A DNA stretch of 64,000 nt from an uncultured Pseudomonadales bacterium (GCA_964598145.1 CAZRAM010000010.1:3824-67823); one strand, 5' to 3'; numbered from the stretch's first letter, positions 1 to 12,217 are shown. Numbers and translations are program-made. Notes: a model not told the origin generated them from the sequence alone.

Positions 1-1078
1 TCTGTCGGCAAGATTGATCTCTGGTCTGCACGCGGAGTCGGCGGCACTTGGCCGTTTAAAGTGGGCGCTGATTGGCAGTGTTGCCTTGGCCGCAGTGTTT
101 TCGCAAAACCTTATACCGGTGCACATCGCCTTTATCCCCATTTTAATTCCGCCGCTGCTGGGGGCTTTTAACCGACTCAACATGGACCGGCGCTTGGTTG
201 CGTGCGTGCTTACCTTTGGTTTAGTGACCCCTTACATGCTGTTGCCGGTAGGGTTTGGCGCCATCTACCTCAATGATATTTTGTTGGCCAATGTCGCCAG
301 CAACGGCGAGGTGGCGGTCGAAGGGGGCATGCTCATCAAAGCCATGGCCATTCCTGCCCTGGGGATGTTGCTTGGCCTGCTGCTGGCGATATTTGTTAGC
401 TATCGTCGCCCGCGCCATTATCAGCACAGCGAAACCAACAGTGACAACACTCAGCAGGTTCCGGCGGCGAATGTCTGGCTGGCTTTGCTCGCCATTGTAG
501 TGGCCTTTGTGGTGCAGTTGTGGTCTGGGGCGATTATTCTGGCGGCCTTGGCAGGTTATTTTGTCTTTGTAGCTGGGGGTGTGGTGCGCTGGTACGAAGC
601 CAATAGCGTCTTTACCAACGGCATGAAAATGATGGCGCAAATCGGCTTCGTGATGATCGCGGCGGCGGGGTTTGCGGCGGTGATGAAAGCCACTGGCCAC
701 GTGGATACCCTGGTCGCTAGTGCGGCTGATTGGATTGGCGGCAATAAGTCCTTGGCGGCAGCCGCGATGTTGTCGGTGGGTTTGTTGGTCACCATGGGTA
801 TCGGTTCGTCATTTTCGACCATTCCCATCATCGCCACTGTGTTTGTGCCGTTGGCGATTCAGCTTGGCTTTAGCCCACTGGCAACGTTGGCGCTAGTGGG
901 TACGGCGGGCGCACTTGGGGATGCGGGGTCACCGGCGTCGGACTCCACACTGGGGCCGAGTATGGGGCTAGGTATCGATGGGCAACACGATCACATGTGG
1001 GATTCGGTGGTGCCGACCTTCCTGCACTACAACCTGCCGCTACTGGTGTTTGGCTGGTTAGCGGCAATGGTGCTCTAG
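1..1078 (+). CDS. Na+/H+ antiporter NhaC-like / YuiF-type amino acid transporter (5' end outside window)
   Basis: Very hydrophobic multi-TM ORF with [14 protein letters not shown] and [19 protein letters not shown] motifs; frame open to the window edge. Confidence 0.75.
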   Translation, partial: LSARLISGLHAESAALGRLKWALIGSVALAAVFSQNLIPVHIAFIPILIPPLLGAFNRLNMDRRLVACVLTFGLVTPYMLLPVGFGAIYLNDILLANVASNGEVAVEGGMLIKAMAIPALGMLLGLLLAIFVSYRRPRHYQHSETNSDNTQQVPAANVWLALLAIVVAFVVQLWSGAIILAALAGYFVFVAGGVVRWYEANSVFTNGMKMMAQIGFVMIAAAGFAAVMKATGHVDTLVASAADWIGGNKSLAAAAMLSVGLLVTMGIGSSFSTIPIIATVFVPLAIQLGFSPLATLALVGTAGALGDAGSPASDSTLGPSMGLGIDGQHDHMWDSVVPTFLHYNLPLLVFGWLAAMVL

Positions 1079-3081
1079 GATTTAAACAGCCCTAGCAAAC
1101 CATCCATGGTCTCGCGGCCTTTGGCGCGATTGTCGTCTTCACTGGTTTTGTCGCGGCCGATCCAGGCGATATCGTCCGGCGGAAGCTCACTTAAAAAGCG
1201 ACTTGGCTCGGTGTCGAAGGTCTCGCCGTACAGTTTGCGCTTGCCGGCATAGGTGAGTGTGAGCGTCTTGCGGGCACGCGTGATACCCACGTAGGCTAGC
1301 CGTCGCTCTTCCTCGATGTTGTCTTCCTCGATGCTGGTGCGGTGCGGCAGCAATTCTTCTTCCATGCCGATGATATAAACATGGGGGAACTCGAGTCCCT
1401 TAGAGGCGTGGATAGTCATGAGCGACACGCGGTCCCATTCCTGCTCTTCCTGTTGCCGCTCCATCATATCGCGCAGAATCAAACGGCTGATGGCGGTCTC
1501 CAGGCTAGGCTCGTCGCCGTCGTCCTCTTGGCGCTGCAGTGAATCCGACAGCGAGGTGATCAAAAATTCAATATTCTGGAAGCGCTTTTCAGCCGCCGCT
1601 GTGCTGGAACTGTTTTGATGCAGCCAACCTTCGTAATCGATATCAGCAATCATCTCACGCACCGAGCGAATAGCTTCGCCTTCAAAGCAGTTGTAGGCAA
1701 CGCGGTTCATCCAGTCTTTAAACTCGCGCAGCTGCTTTAGACCCTTGGGCGGAACGTGGGCCTCAAGGCCAATCTCGTCAATCGCTTCGAACATACTCAA
1801 ATGGCGCATACCGGCATAGGCGCCCAGCCCTTCCAGCGTGGCGGTGCCGATGTGGCGGCGCGGCACGTTGATGATGCGCAGAAAGGCGTTATCGTCGTCG
1901 CCATTAACCAGCAGTCTCAGATAGGACATGATGTCCTTGATCTCTGCCTTGGCAAAGAACGATTGACCACCGCTGATCGAGTAGGGCACTTGGTGGGTCT
2001 GCAACTTCATTTCTAAGATGCGCGACTGGTGGTTGCCGCGATAAAGGATGGCAAAATCCTCGAACTTGATACCACGAGTGAGGTTGAAATCGACGATTTC
2101 CGTCACCACACGCTCCAGTTCGCCGTCCTCAGACGGGCAGCGAATCACGCGGATCGGGTCACCCACACCGAGGTCACTCCACAACTGTTTGTCGAAAATG
2201 TGCGGGTTATTGGCGATCAAGGTGTTGGCGCTGCGCAGAATCCGCGCCGTCGAGCGGTAGTTTTGCTCCAGCATAACCACCTTGAGGTGGGGGAAATCCT
2301 CTTGAAGCTTGCCAAGGTTTTCCGGTCGAGCACCGCGCCAGGCGTAGATCGATTGGTCGTCGTCGCCCACCACGGTTAAGCCACCGCGATCGCCGACGAT
2401 CTGTTTTACCAGCATGTACTGGCTAATATTGGTGTCTTGGTATTCGTCGACCAGCAGATAGCGGATTTTCTTGCGCCAACGCGCCAGCGCTTCGGGGTCT
2501 TTTTGGAACAGCTCCACTGGTACCAAAATGAGGTCATCAAAATCCACCGCGTTATAAGCGCGAAGCGCCTGTTGGTAGCGTTCGAATACCCGTGCAGCTA
2601 ACTCTTCCATCTCGTCTTCGGCGTGGCTCAGTGCCTGCGCGGGCGAGATCATCTCGTTCTTCCAGTTGGAAATCATGTTCTGCAGGTAGTCGACCTGATC
2701 TTTATCGACATCGTCGGCAATAATCAATTCCTTGATTAATGTGCTGGCGTCGATGGCGTCGAACACAGAAAAGCCCGGTTTAAAACCCAGTGCCTGGATT
2801 TCTTTGCGGATGATGCGCAGCCCCAAGTTGTGAAAGGTCGACACCGATAGACCGCGAGATAACGGTTTAGGAAGCAAGCTAGTAACGCGCTCTTTCATCT
2901 CGCGGGCAGCCTTGTTGGTAAAGGTTACTGCCGCGATATTGCTCGCCTTGTAGCCACACTGCTCAATCAAGTAGGCCATCTTGCGGGTGATCACCGATGT
3001 TTTGCCACTGCCAGCCCCGGCCAACACGAGGAGTGGGCCGTCGATGTAGTGCACCGCTTCTTTTTGGCGTGGGTTGAGCAT
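1075..3081 (-). CDS. rep: ATP-dependent DNA helicase Rep
   Basis: 668 aa SF1A helicase: [55 protein letters not shown]; no UvrD-type C-terminal extension. Confidence 0.93.
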   Translation of the reverse strand: MLNPRQKEAVHYIDGPLLVLAGAGSGKTSVITRKMAYLIEQCGYKASNIAAVTFTNKAAREMKERVTSLLPKPLSRGLSVSTFHNLGLRIIRKEIQALGFKPGFSVFDAIDASTLIKELIIADDVDKDQVDYLQNMISNWKNEMISPAQALSHAEDEMEELAARVFERYQQALRAYNAVDFDDLILVPVELFQKDPEALARWRKKIRYLLVDEYQDTNISQYMLVKQIVGDRGGLTVVGDDDQSIYAWRGARPENLGKLQEDFPHLKVVMLEQNYRSTARILRSANTLIANNPHIFDKQLWSDLGVGDPIRVIRCPSEDGELERVVTEIVDFNLTRGIKFEDFAILYRGNHQSRILEMKLQTHQVPYSISGGQSFFAKAEIKDIMSYLRLLVNGDDDNAFLRIINVPRRHIGTATLEGLGAYAGMRHLSMFEAIDEIGLEAHVPPKGLKQLREFKDWMNRVAYNCFEGEAIRSVREMIADIDYEGWLHQNSSSTAAAEKRFQNIEFLITSLSDSLQRQEDDGDEPSLETAISRLILRDMMERQQEEQEWDRVSLMTIHASKGLEFPHVYIIGMEEELLPHRTSIEEDNIEEERRLAYVGITRARKTLTLTYAGKRKLYGETFDTEPSRFLSELPPDDIAWIGRDKTSEDDNRAKGRETMDGLLGLFKS

Positions 3082-3160
3082 GAACGTCGGGTCTCAAAAA
3101 AGGGCGCACATTGTAGCAAGCTTGGCGGTTGAGTGTGAGCTTTGATTTATTGTGCCCTGA

Positions 3161-4651
3161 CTACACCGAGTTAACGTCAAATTGGCGCAGCGATAACGCT
3201 TCCTGCACATCACACAATTGCAGAGCGCGGTCATCTAAATCGGCACATGTTTGCGCCACCCGGATGGCGCGGTGTGCGCCGCGTGGTGACAGCCCGAGCG
3301 TCTGCATGGCTTTGTTTAGGTAGTCGCGTGCGCTGGGACAGTGGTCTAGTAATACCTTCAACTGTGGGGGAGTGAGTCTTGCGTTGCTACAGCCCTGCCG
3401 GTCCTGCTGTCGCATCCGAGCAGCAACGACGCGCTGGGCGATAGCGGCAGAGCTTTCGTTGCTAGACGTATCGGAAAATAAATCGATACTGTCGCTGTCC
3501 ATGGCGATGTGTAAATCGATGCGGTCGAGTAAGGGCCCCGAAATCTTGCTGCGATAGCGCTGCACCTGTTCCAAGCTGCAGCGGCAGGTGTGCTGCGTAC
3601 TGCCGTAGTACCCGCAGGGGCAGGGATTCATGGCCGCAATGAGCTGGAAGCGTGCCGGGTAGCAAATGATGCGCTTGGCGCGGGCGATGTGAATTTCGCC
3701 GTTCTCTAGAGGTTCTCGAAGCATTTCGATGCTGTGCCGTTGAAATTCGGGGAGTTCGTCTAAAAACAATACGCCGTGGTGGGCGAGGCTAATTGCCCCT
3801 GGTTTGGGGTCGCTACCGCCACCGCACAAAGCCACGGCTGAGGCGCTGTGATGCGGCGCGTGAAAGGGGCGCTCACCGTGCAATTGGGGCAGCCCAAGCA
3901 GCGAATAAATTGCCGCGACTTCTAAGCCATCGCTGTCATTGAGCGGCGGTAAGATGGTTTTAAAACGTTGCGCCAGCAGTGATTTTCCGGTGCCCGGCGC
4001 GCCAAATAACAATAGATTGTGATTGCCTGCCGCCGCAATCTCGCAGCCGCGCTTTGCCAGAGCCTGACCAACAACCTCTGCCATATCTAGCGTATTAGAA
4101 GGCAGGGTAGTGTCTACTTGGTGGCAGTGAGGCAAGTCTTCATCGCCGCGCAAGTGGGCACAAACTTGCAGCAAGCTTTCTGCGGCGTAACTTGTGACGT
4201 CGCTGACGAGTGCCGCCTCGTGTTGATTGGCGCGGGGGACGATAAGGGTGTGGCCAAGTTTTTGTGCCGAGAGCGCGGCGCTAAGCACCCCGCGCACTGG
4301 GCGCAGACTGCCATCGAGTGACAGTTCGCCGAGCAGAATAAACCCTTTGGCGATATCCCTTGGCAGCTGCTTGGAGGCGGTCAGAATGCCTATGGCAATC
4401 GCAAGATCAAATCGACTGCCTTCTTTGGGTAAATCAGCGGGCGCAAGATTGAGGGTGATGCGGCGCTGGGGGAAATCGAAACCTGAGGTTTGCAGCGCAC
4501 TGCGCACCCTGTCTTTCGCTTCGCGCACGGTCATTTCAGCCAAACCGACCATGTTCAAGCAGGGCAGACCGTTGGCGATGTGGGTTTCAACGGTGACGGT
4601 AGGTGCATCCAAGCCGTGCATGGCACAGCATAGCGTGTGGGTAAGCGACAT
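3161..4651 (-). CDS. comM: YifB/ComM Mg-chelatase-like AAA+ ATPase
   Basis: NLAPADLPKEGSRFDLAIA, GAPGTGKS, LFLDELPEF, AAMNPCPCG, ISGPLLDRID. Confidence 0.92.
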   Translation of the reverse strand: MSLTHTLCCAMHGLDAPTVTVETHIANGLPCLNMVGLAEMTVREAKDRVRSALQTSGFDFPQRRITLNLAPADLPKEGSRFDLAIAIGILTASKQLPRDIAKGFILLGELSLDGSLRPVRGVLSAALSAQKLGHTLIVPRANQHEAALVSDVTSYAAESLLQVCAHLRGDEDLPHCHQVDTTLPSNTLDMAEVVGQALAKRGCEIAAAGNHNLLLFGAPGTGKSLLAQRFKTILPPLNDSDGLEVAAIYSLLGLPQLHGERPFHAPHHSASAVALCGGGSDPKPGAISLAHHGVLFLDELPEFQRHSIEMLREPLENGEIHIARAKRIICYPARFQLIAAMNPCPCGYYGSTQHTCRCSLEQVQRYRSKISGPLLDRIDLHIAMDSDSIDLFSDTSSNESSAAIAQRVVAARMRQQDRQGCSNARLTPPQLKVLLDHCPSARDYLNKAMQTLGLSPRGAHRAIRVAQTCADLDDRALQLCDVQEALSLRQFDVNSV

Positions 4652-4684
4652 AGTGCATCCTTGCGTGTCGCGCGACTGGGCGGG

Positions 4685-4918
4685 CTATTCGCTCAGTGCT
4701 TTAAGTTCGGCTTCCAGTTCAGCCAGTTGTGCCTGACAACGACGCAGCTTTTCAGCTTGGGCGTCGAATTCAGCGCGGCTCACTACATCCATTTTTTCAA
4801 GTGCGCTTTGCACGAGTGCACGAAAGTTCTTCTGCATATCGGCACGCGCAGCTTCACCGGGCAGTAAATCGACGGCTTGTTTGACGAAGTCTTCGATTGA
4901 AAAAGGGGGCTTGTCCAT
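4685..4918 (-). CDS. ubiK: Ubiquinone biosynthesis accessory factor UbiK (YqiC/BMFP family)
   Basis: 77 aa coiled coil with KMDVVSRAEFDAQ motif, in the usual position between comM and the glnK operon. Confidence 0.85.
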   Translation of the reverse strand: MDKPPFSIEDFVKQAVDLLPGEAARADMQKNFRALVQSALEKMDVVSRAEFDAQAEKLRRCQAQLAELEAELKALSE

Positions 4919-4992
4919 GGGGTTCTCCTAAGTGTTAACAAATTCTAACTCAAATTAAGCTAGCTGTGCCCTAGACCGATGCACAGTTTGCA

Positions 4993-5027
4993 TGCACCAA
5001 AGTGGTGCGCGGCGCCAAAGTAGTGCG
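4993..5027 (+). promoter_or_regulatory. Tandem NtrC binding sites
   Basis: TGCACCAAAGTGGTGCG (4993-5009) and GGCGCCAAAGTAGTGCG (5011-5027) match TGCACCA-N3-TGGTGCA, about 100 bp upstream of a sigma54 promoter. Confidence 0.85.
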
Positions 5028-5111
5028 ATATATATTTCAAAACCGTTGCATTTTAAGTGCAAAAAAATCGAAATTAATCCTAAGTCATTGAAAATTAATA
5101 AATAAAAAAAG

Positions 5112-5128
5112 TTGGCACGGCTGCTGCT
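5112..5128 (+). promoter_or_regulatory. Sigma54 -24/-12 promoter of the porin-glnK-amtB operon
   Basis: TTGGCACGGCTGCTGCT = GG-N10-GC; an AT-rich tract lies between it and the NtrC sites. Confidence 0.85.
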
Positions 5129-5194
5129 ATCTATTCGGTGTAAACCATTACAAAGAAGGGCATTCCCCTTCAATATTATCTTTGGAGAGATACC

Positions 5195-6258
<1,064 letters not shown>

Positions 6259-6293
6259 GGCGCGTTGTATCCCAAGGCTTAAGGAGAGCTAGG

Positions 6294-7562
6294 ATGGAAA
6301 ACCAAATTTTTGAACTGCAATACGCCATGGACACGTTCTATTTCTTGATCTGTGGCGCTCTGGTAATGTGGATGGCGGCGGGTTTCGCCATGTTGGAAGC
6401 GGGCTTGGTGCGCGCCAAAAACACCACTGAAATTTTGACTAAAAACGTTGCCTTGTTCGCGATTGCTAGCACCATGTACTTGGTCTGCGGTTACGAGTTC
6501 ATGTACGGCGGCGGTTACTTCCTGTCGGGTGTCACCACCGTGGCACAAATGGATGATGCGGCTGTGGCAGGCGTTTTGGCGGCTTCGGCTGAAGCGGGCT
6601 TTGACGGTGACTCAGTTTACTCTGGCGCGTCTGACTTCTTCTTCCAAGTGGTCTTCGTGGCGACCTGTATGTCGATCGTATCAGGTGCTGTTGCTGAGCG
6701 TATGAAGCTGTGGGCCTTCTTGGTGTTCTCAGTAGTTATGACTGGCTTCATCTACCCCATCGAAGGTGGTTGGACTTGGGGTGGTAATCCTGTTCCTTTC
6801 ATCGGTGAATTGAGCTTCAGCGACTACGCAGGTTCAGGTATTGTTCACATGGCGGGTGCTGCTGCAGCATTGGCGGGTGTCCTGTTGCTCGGTCCTCGTA
6901 AAGGCAAGTACGGCAAAGAAGGTCAAGTACAGGCGATTCCTGGTGCTAACCTGCCCTTGGCGACGTTGGGTACCTTCATCCTGTGGATGGGATGGTTCGG
7001 CTTCAACGGTGGTTCAACGCTGAAATTGGGTGGCATCGCGGTAGCTAACGAAGTGGCTAACGTATTCTTGAACACCAATGCCGCTGCGGCTGGTGGTTTG
7101 ATTGCTGCTCTGCTGACTGCTCGCGCTCTGTTCGGCAAGGCTGACTTGACCATGGCATTGAACGGTGCACTGGCTGGTCTGGTAGCGATCACTGCAGAAC
7201 CTGCTGATCCTACGCCGCTGTTGGCCACCATCATCGGCGCTGTAGGCGGTGTGTTGGTAGTATTCAGCATCTTGGCACTGGATAAAATGAAATTGGACGA
7301 TCCTGTCGGTGCGATCTCTGTACACGGTGTGGTTGGTCTGTGGGGTATCTTCGCGGTACTGCTGTCAGACAGCGACGCGACCTTCATGGGTCAGTTGACC
7401 GGCGCTCTGGTGATCTTTGTCTGGGTATTCGGTGCTAGCTTGATCGTATGGTCAATCATCAAAGCTGTCATGGGCATCCGTGTCTCAGCTGAAGAAGAGT
7501 ACGAAGGTGTCGATATTGCTGAGTGCGGTATGGAAGCCTACCCAGAGTTCACTGGCAAATAA
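6294..7562 (+). CDS. amtB: Ammonium transporter
   Basis: DYAGSGIVH, LWMGWFGFNGGS, DDPVGAISVHG motifs. Confidence 0.95.
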   Translation: MENQIFELQYAMDTFYFLICGALVMWMAAGFAMLEAGLVRAKNTTEILTKNVALFAIASTMYLVCGYEFMYGGGYFLSGVTTVAQMDDAAVAGVLAASAEAGFDGDSVYSGASDFFFQVVFVATCMSIVSGAVAERMKLWAFLVFSVVMTGFIYPIEGGWTWGGNPVPFIGELSFSDYAGSGIVHMAGAAAALAGVLLLGPRKGKYGKEGQVQAIPGANLPLATLGTFILWMGWFGFNGGSTLKLGGIAVANEVANVFLNTNAAAAGGLIAALLTARALFGKADLTMALNGALAGLVAITAEPADPTPLLATIIGAVGGVLVVFSILALDKMKLDDPVGAISVHGVVGLWGIFAVLLSDSDATFMGQLTGALVIFVWVFGASLIVWSIIKAVMGIRVSAEEEYEGVDIAECGMEAYPEFTGK

Positions 7563-7584
7563 GCCAAGATCTCAAGCTCTGAAG

Positions 7585-7610
7585 AAACCCGCCTCTTGGC
7601 GGGTTTTTTT
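7585..7610 (+). terminator. Rho-independent terminator after amtB
   Basis: AAACCCGCC-TCTT-GGCGGGTTT followed by a T-run. Confidence 0.85.
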
Positions 7611-7612
7611 GT

Positions 7613-7913
7613 TGTGTGACCTGGGTCGTAGTTATTGTGGGACCTTGGTCGTAGTTATTGTGGGACCTTGGTCGAAGACCAAGGGAATGGTTTAACCGCA
7701 GTTCCCTTTCTCTGCGAGAAAGGTCCCACAGGTGGGCTGAGAAAGGTCCCGTGTGGGAGCTTGCTTGAAAAGCAAGCGAAGGAATTAACCGCGGTTCCCT
7801 TTCTCTGCGAGAAAGGTCCCACAGGTGGGCTGAGAAAGGTTCCGTGTGGGAGCTTGCTTGAAAAGCAAGCGAAGGAATTAACCGCAGTTCCCTTTCTCTG
7901 CGAGAAAGGTCCC
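7613..7913. repeat. REP/REPIN-like cluster (GTGGGA + 8-bp hairpin) with 23-bp and 93-bp tandem units
   Basis: 23-bp unit TGTGGGACCTTGGTCGTAGTTAT at 7613/7636/7659; 93-bp unit at 7692/7785/7878; hairpins CCTTGGTC-GAA-GACCAAGG, GCTTGCTT-GAA-AAGCAAGC and inverted CCTTTCTC-TGC-GAGAAAGG-TCCCAC. Confidence 0.8.
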
Positions 7914-7941
7914 AAAGTGTTGAGAATAGAGAAAAGAGCGA

Positions 7942-9375
7942 CTAATCGTCGCTCTGGATGTCGAGTTCGTTCATTTTACGAGTCAGGGTATTGCGCCCCC
8001 AACCCAGTAAAACAGCTGCATCGCGCTTGCGGCCTTTGCTGTGTTTTAAGGCGACTTCGATCATGGTGCGCTCAAAGTGAGGCATGGCGCGATCCAGGAT
8101 GGCCTGGCGACCTTCGCTGAGTGCATTGTCAGCCCATTGATAGAGGAAATCGGTCCACTCGCTACTGCCGCCGTTGCCGTTACCCGCTTGGCTGGGAGCG
8201 CTACCACTACTTTGCAGTAACTCTGGTGGTAAATCGTTAGGCAGAATGTCGCGTCCAGAGGCCATCACCGTCAACCAACGGCAAGCGTTTTCTAACTGGC
8301 GAACGTTGCCTGGCCAATTTAGTGAGCTGATGAGTTTTTCGGTGTCGGGCAGCAGTTGCTTGGTTTCAACACTGAGCTCTTTGGCGGCGCGCGCCAAGAA
8401 ATGCTTAGCCAGTGCGGGAATATCTTCACGGCGCTCGCGCAAACTGGGAATATGAATGCGAATCACGTTGAGGCGGTGGAATAAATCTTCACGGAAGCTG
8501 TGATCGGCCACCAGTTTTTCAAGGTTCTGGTGTGTCGCGGCAATGATACGCACGTCGACTTTTACGGGGGTGTGGCCGCCGACGCGGTAAAATTCGCCGT
8601 CCGCCAAAACCCGCAGTAAACGAGTCTGAGTCTCCGCCGGCATATCGCCGATCTCATCTAAAAACAGCGTGCCGCCGTCGGCTTGCTCAAAGCGGCCTTG
8701 GCGCATCGATGCGGCACCGGTAAAGGCGCCTTTTTCGTGGCCGAATAATTCGGATTCCATCAAGTCACGGGGAATCGCTGCCATATTGAGCGCAATAAAG
8801 GGTCTTTCCTTGCGTGGGCTGTGGCGATGCAATGCCTGCGCAACCAATTCTTTACCGGTGCCCGATTCACCATTAATCAGCACAGTGATGTGAGACTGCG
8901 ATAGGCGGCCGATGGCGCGGAAAACTTCCTGCATGGCCGGCGCTTCGCCAATGATATCGCTCTGCACAGCGGGACTGCTGGAGGGTGCCGTGGTGCGTTG
9001 TTCACGGGCGTGCTTAAGTGCGCGCTGGGTAACGGCCAGTGCCTCGTCGATATCAAAGGGCTTGGGTAGGTATTCAAAGGCACCGCCCTGATAAGACGAC
9101 ACAGCACTTTCTAAGTCGGAGTGGGCGGTAGTGATAATTACCGGGATCTCGGGAAAATCAGCACTGATTTCTTGTAACAACTCGAGCCCGTCCATACCGG
9201 GCATGCGAATATCGCTGATGATGACATCGGGCTGAGACACGCGAAGTGCATCCAACAGGGATTTGCCATTGTCGAAGCAGCGCGTGTGGTATTCGGCGCG
9301 GCTAAGCGCCTTCTCAAGTACCCAGCGGATACTGCGATCATCGTCGACCACCCATACGATGTCTTCACTGATCAT
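7942..9375 (-). CDS. glnG: Nitrogen regulation protein NR(I), NtrC
   Basis: Receiver domain (VVDDD, DIRMPG), GESGTGKE, GAFTGA, C-terminal Fis-type HTH LGWGRNTLTRK. Confidence 0.96.
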   Translation of the reverse strand: MISEDIVWVVDDDRSIRWVLEKALSRAEYHTRCFDNGKSLLDALRVSQPDVIISDIRMPGMDGLELLQEISADFPEIPVIITTAHSDLESAVSSYQGGAFEYLPKPFDIDEALAVTQRALKHAREQRTTAPSSSPAVQSDIIGEAPAMQEVFRAIGRLSQSHITVLINGESGTGKELVAQALHRHSPRKERPFIALNMAAIPRDLMESELFGHEKGAFTGAASMRQGRFEQADGGTLFLDEIGDMPAETQTRLLRVLADGEFYRVGGHTPVKVDVRIIAATHQNLEKLVADHSFREDLFHRLNVIRIHIPSLRERREDIPALAKHFLARAAKELSVETKQLLPDTEKLISSLNWPGNVRQLENACRWLTVMASGRDILPNDLPPELLQSSGSAPSQAGNGNGGSSEWTDFLYQWADNALSEGRQAILDRAMPHFERTMIEVALKHSKGRKRDAAVLLGWGRNTLTRKMNELDIQSDD

Positions 9376-10447
9376 GGCTTGTCTCCAGAGGTAGGAACAT
9401 CGAGAAGCGCGTTAGCCCCTCGTATGTGTCACACTCGACCAGTCCTTGGTGCTGGTTGAGGATAGATTGGGTAATAGAAAGCCCCAGACCGGTGCCGTCG
9501 GGGCGGCCACTAATCATGGGCATAAATAGGCTTTCGCGGATGTCGGCGGCGATGCCGGGACCGTTGTCGGTAATTTCGATGCAGCACACCAATTTGTGGC
9601 GTTCGATACCAATGGTAAATTGGCGCAACACGCGGGTGCGCAGCCCAATATGCGGCGCTTCAACGCCCGCTGCCTGCATCGCTTCCATGGCGTTGCGTAC
9701 TACATTTAGTAGGGCTTGGATCATCTGCTCCCGGTCGATGGCGATATCCGGAATACTTGGGTCGTAGTCGCGCTCAAAGTGAATCCACTGGCTGTTTTCT
9801 GCATTGACCAAGGTCACCACGCGCTCGATGACTTCGTGGATGTTAGTGTCAACCCGCTGCAGCGGTTTGCGCGGTCCGAGCATGCGGTCTACTAAGTTGC
9901 GCAAGCGGTCCGCTTCTTCGATGATGACCTCGGTGTAATCGCGCAATTCGGCAGAGTCGAGTTCACTGGCGAGCAATTGCGCCGCGCCGCGTAACCCACC
10001 CAGCGGATTCTTAATTTCGTGTGCCAGGCCTCGAATCAAGCTGCGGCTAGTGGCCTGCGTACTGATCAGCGACTCTTCGCGGGCAATGCGCAGTAGCCGG
10101 TCAACGGGTTGCATTTCCACCATCACGGATAAGCGACCACTGTTATTAAGATCCACCGGGGTGGCGATGTAATCCACCATAGAGTGTTGGTGTCCGGGGG
10201 CTTCAATCATGGCTTGGCGCTGGGTGTAGGTGACGCCTTCTTCTAAAGTGTGCAGCACCACTTGCCAAGATTCGTCTTGCAGGTCGATAAAGCGAGATAG
10301 GGGTTGTCCCAACGCACGAGTACCGCTCACTTTGAGCAAGGCTTCGGCAGCGGGATTGATAAATTCGATATCGAGCTCATCGTTGATCAACAAGACCGCG
10401 GTGGTCAGGTTGTTCAGAAGTAGCGTGTAAAGGTTGTCTTGTTCCAC
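9365..10447 (-). CDS. glnL: Nitrogen regulation histidine kinase NR(II), NtrB
   Basis: PAS domain, LAHEIKNPLGG H-box, DNGPG and GTGLGL; lies between glnA and glnG. Confidence 0.95.
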   Translation of the reverse strand: MEQDNLYTLLLNNLTTAVLLINDELDIEFINPAAEALLKVSGTRALGQPLSRFIDLQDESWQVVLHTLEEGVTYTQRQAMIEAPGHQHSMVDYIATPVDLNNSGRLSVMVEMQPVDRLLRIAREESLISTQATSRSLIRGLAHEIKNPLGGLRGAAQLLASELDSAELRDYTEVIIEEADRLRNLVDRMLGPRKPLQRVDTNIHEVIERVVTLVNAENSQWIHFERDYDPSIPDIAIDREQMIQALLNVVRNAMEAMQAAGVEAPHIGLRTRVLRQFTIGIERHKLVCCIEITDNGPGIAADIRESLFMPMISGRPDGTGLGLSITQSILNQHQGLVECDTYEGLTRFSMFLPLETSHDQ

Positions 10448-10477
10448 AGGTCACCCATGTGGTGGCTATCGATGAGT

Positions 10478-10506
10478 AAAAAAAGAGGTTCCCGAAGGAA
10501 GAACCC
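10478..10506 (-). terminator. Probable terminator between glnA and glnL
   Basis: Minus strand GGTTCTTCC-TTCG-GGAACC followed by TCTTTTTTT; a second inverted repeat ACCCGGGT..ACCCGGGT is adjacent. Confidence 0.55.
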
Positions 10507-10543
10507 GGGTGTTACCACCCGGGTGCGTATAGATCGTGAGATC

Positions 10544-11950
10544 TTATACTGAGTAGTACATGTCGAATTCGATGGGGTGTGGAGTCATGCGAATACGCTG
10601 AACGTCTTGCATCTTCAGGTCGATGTAAGCGTCGATCATGTCGTCGTCCATAACGCCACCCGCTTTCAAGAATTCGCGGTCTGCATCCAGAGCGGCCAGA
10701 GCTTCTTCCAAGCTCGCGCACACTTTTGGAATTTGCGCTTCTTCTTCTGGGGGCAGGTCGTACAAGTCTTTGTCCGCCGCGTCGCCGGGGTGGATCTTGT
10801 TCTTGATGCCGTCCAGACCAGCCATCAACATGGCAGTGAACATCAGGTAGGGGTTAGCCGCAGGGTCACCGTAGCGAACTTCGATACGACGTGCTTTCGC
10901 AGAGTTTACGAAAGGAATACGGATCGACGCAGAGCGGTTACGCGCTGAGTAAGCCAACATTACAGGTGCTTCGAAACCGGGTACCAGACGCTTGTAAGAG
11001 TTGGTAGCAGGGTTAGAGAAAGCGTTGATCGCACGAGTGTGCTTGATGATACCGCCGATGTAGTACAGAGCTTCTTCGCTCAGACCAGCGTAGGCATCGC
11101 CCGCCATGATGTTGGTGCCATTTTTAGAGATTGACTGGTGCAAGTGCATACCTGAACCGTTGTCACCGATCAGAGGCTTGGGCATGAAGGTAGCAGTTTT
11201 GCCGTACATGTGAGCAACGTTGTGCACGCAGTATTTCAGAACCTGAACTTCGTCAGCTTTCTTAACCAGAGTGTTAGCGCCAACACCGATTTCACACTGA
11301 CCAGCAGTTGCTACTTCGTGGTGGTGAACTTCAATTTCTAAGCCCATTGCTTCCATGGCGTTACACATTTGACCACGGATTTCGTGCAGTGAATCGACTG
11401 GAGGAACGGGGAAGTAACCACCTTTAACACCGGGGCGGTGACCCATGTTGCCATCGTGGAAATCACGGCTTGAAGACCAAGCAGCTTCTTCAGAGTTGAT
11501 GCTGTAGCCAGCGCCAGACATGTCTGAGTGCCACTTGATGTCATCAAAGATGAAGAATTCGGGCTCGGGACCGAACAGAGCGGTGTCACCGATACCAGTT
11601 GATGCCAAGTACTCTTCTGCGCGAGCAGCGATAGAACGTGGGTCGCGGTTGTAACCCTGCATAGAAATGGGGTCAACGATCTGGCAGCGAATGATTACTG
11701 TAGACTCGTCAAAGAAGGGATCCATGAGAGAAGCAGCGTCATCGGGCATCAAAATCATGTCTGATTCGTTAATGCCTTTCCAGCCGGCGATTGAAGAACC
11801 GTCGAACATCTTGCCGTCTACGAAGAAGTCTTCGTCGATTTCGCTAGCAGGGATGGTCACGTGTTGCTCTTTACCGTGAGTGTCGGTGAAGCGCAGGTCG
11901 GCCCATTTCGCCTCGTTATCTTTGATAAGTTTCAGAGTATTCTCTGACAT
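10544..11950 (-). CDS. glnA: Glutamine synthetase type I
   Basis: [30 protein letters not shown] adenylylation motif; start taken at MSENTLK (11950) with a GGAGG RBS, 468 aa. Confidence 0.97.
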   Translation of the reverse strand: MSENTLKLIKDNEAKWADLRFTDTHGKEQHVTIPASEIDEDFFVDGKMFDGSSIAGWKGINESDMILMPDDAASLMDPFFDESTVIIRCQIVDPISMQGYNRDPRSIAARAEEYLASTGIGDTALFGPEPEFFIFDDIKWHSDMSGAGYSINSEEAAWSSSRDFHDGNMGHRPGVKGGYFPVPPVDSLHEIRGQMCNAMEAMGLEIEVHHHEVATAGQCEIGVGANTLVKKADEVQVLKYCVHNVAHMYGKTATFMPKPLIGDNGSGMHLHQSISKNGTNIMAGDAYAGLSEEALYYIGGIIKHTRAINAFSNPATNSYKRLVPGFEAPVMLAYSARNRSASIRIPFVNSAKARRIEVRYGDPAANPYLMFTAMLMAGLDGIKNKIHPGDAADKDLYDLPPEEEAQIPKVCASLEEALAALDADREFLKAGGVMDDDMIDAYIDLKMQDVQRIRMTPHPIEFDMYYSV

Positions 11951-12092
11951 GGTTGTACCTCCAAAAATGGATTTGTGTTCTTTTCCTGCTTGCCCATTGG
12001 CGGACAACCAAGAGTAATGCTTTTGAAGACTTTGATTAAAAAGTGCTCCATTCGGCCAGCGCCTACTATAGCGCAAGACTGCATCCGCTTGC

Positions 12093-12108
12093 AGCAAGTC
12101 GTGTGCCA
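12093..12108 (-). promoter_or_regulatory. Sigma54 promoter of glnA
   Basis: Minus strand TGGCACACGACTTGCT, a consensus -24/-12 match. Confidence 0.9.
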
Positions 12109-12179
12109 TTCATAGAAAAAAATAATGTTCAATTAAATCAGTCGGTTGAGTGTGTGTTTTTGGGATAAAAAACACTGTC

Positions 12180-12217
12180 TGCACCATTGTGGTGCGTGTG
12201 CGCGCAAGAATGGTGCG
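12180..12217. promoter_or_regulatory. NtrC binding sites upstream of glnA
   Basis: TGCACCATTGTGGTGCG (12180-12196) and CGCGCAAGAATGGTGCG (12201-12217). Confidence 0.85.

Noticed and set aside
3161-4651. comM as an integration hotspot
   Set aside because: The ORF is full length and uninterrupted here
7613-7913. Possible CRISPR array
   Set aside because: The intervening sequences are near-identical rather than unique spacers, the units contain inverted hairpin pairs, and no cas genes are present
7635-8120. ORFs with repeated peptides (7635..8120, 7655..7915, also 15804..16151)
   Set aside because: Translations of the DNA repeats (93 and 60 bp are multiples of 3); they overlap real genes or lack a credible RBS
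11951-12109. N-terminal extension of GlnA in the ORF track
   Set aside because: It overlaps the sigma54 promoter; the RBS and expected length support the 11950 start
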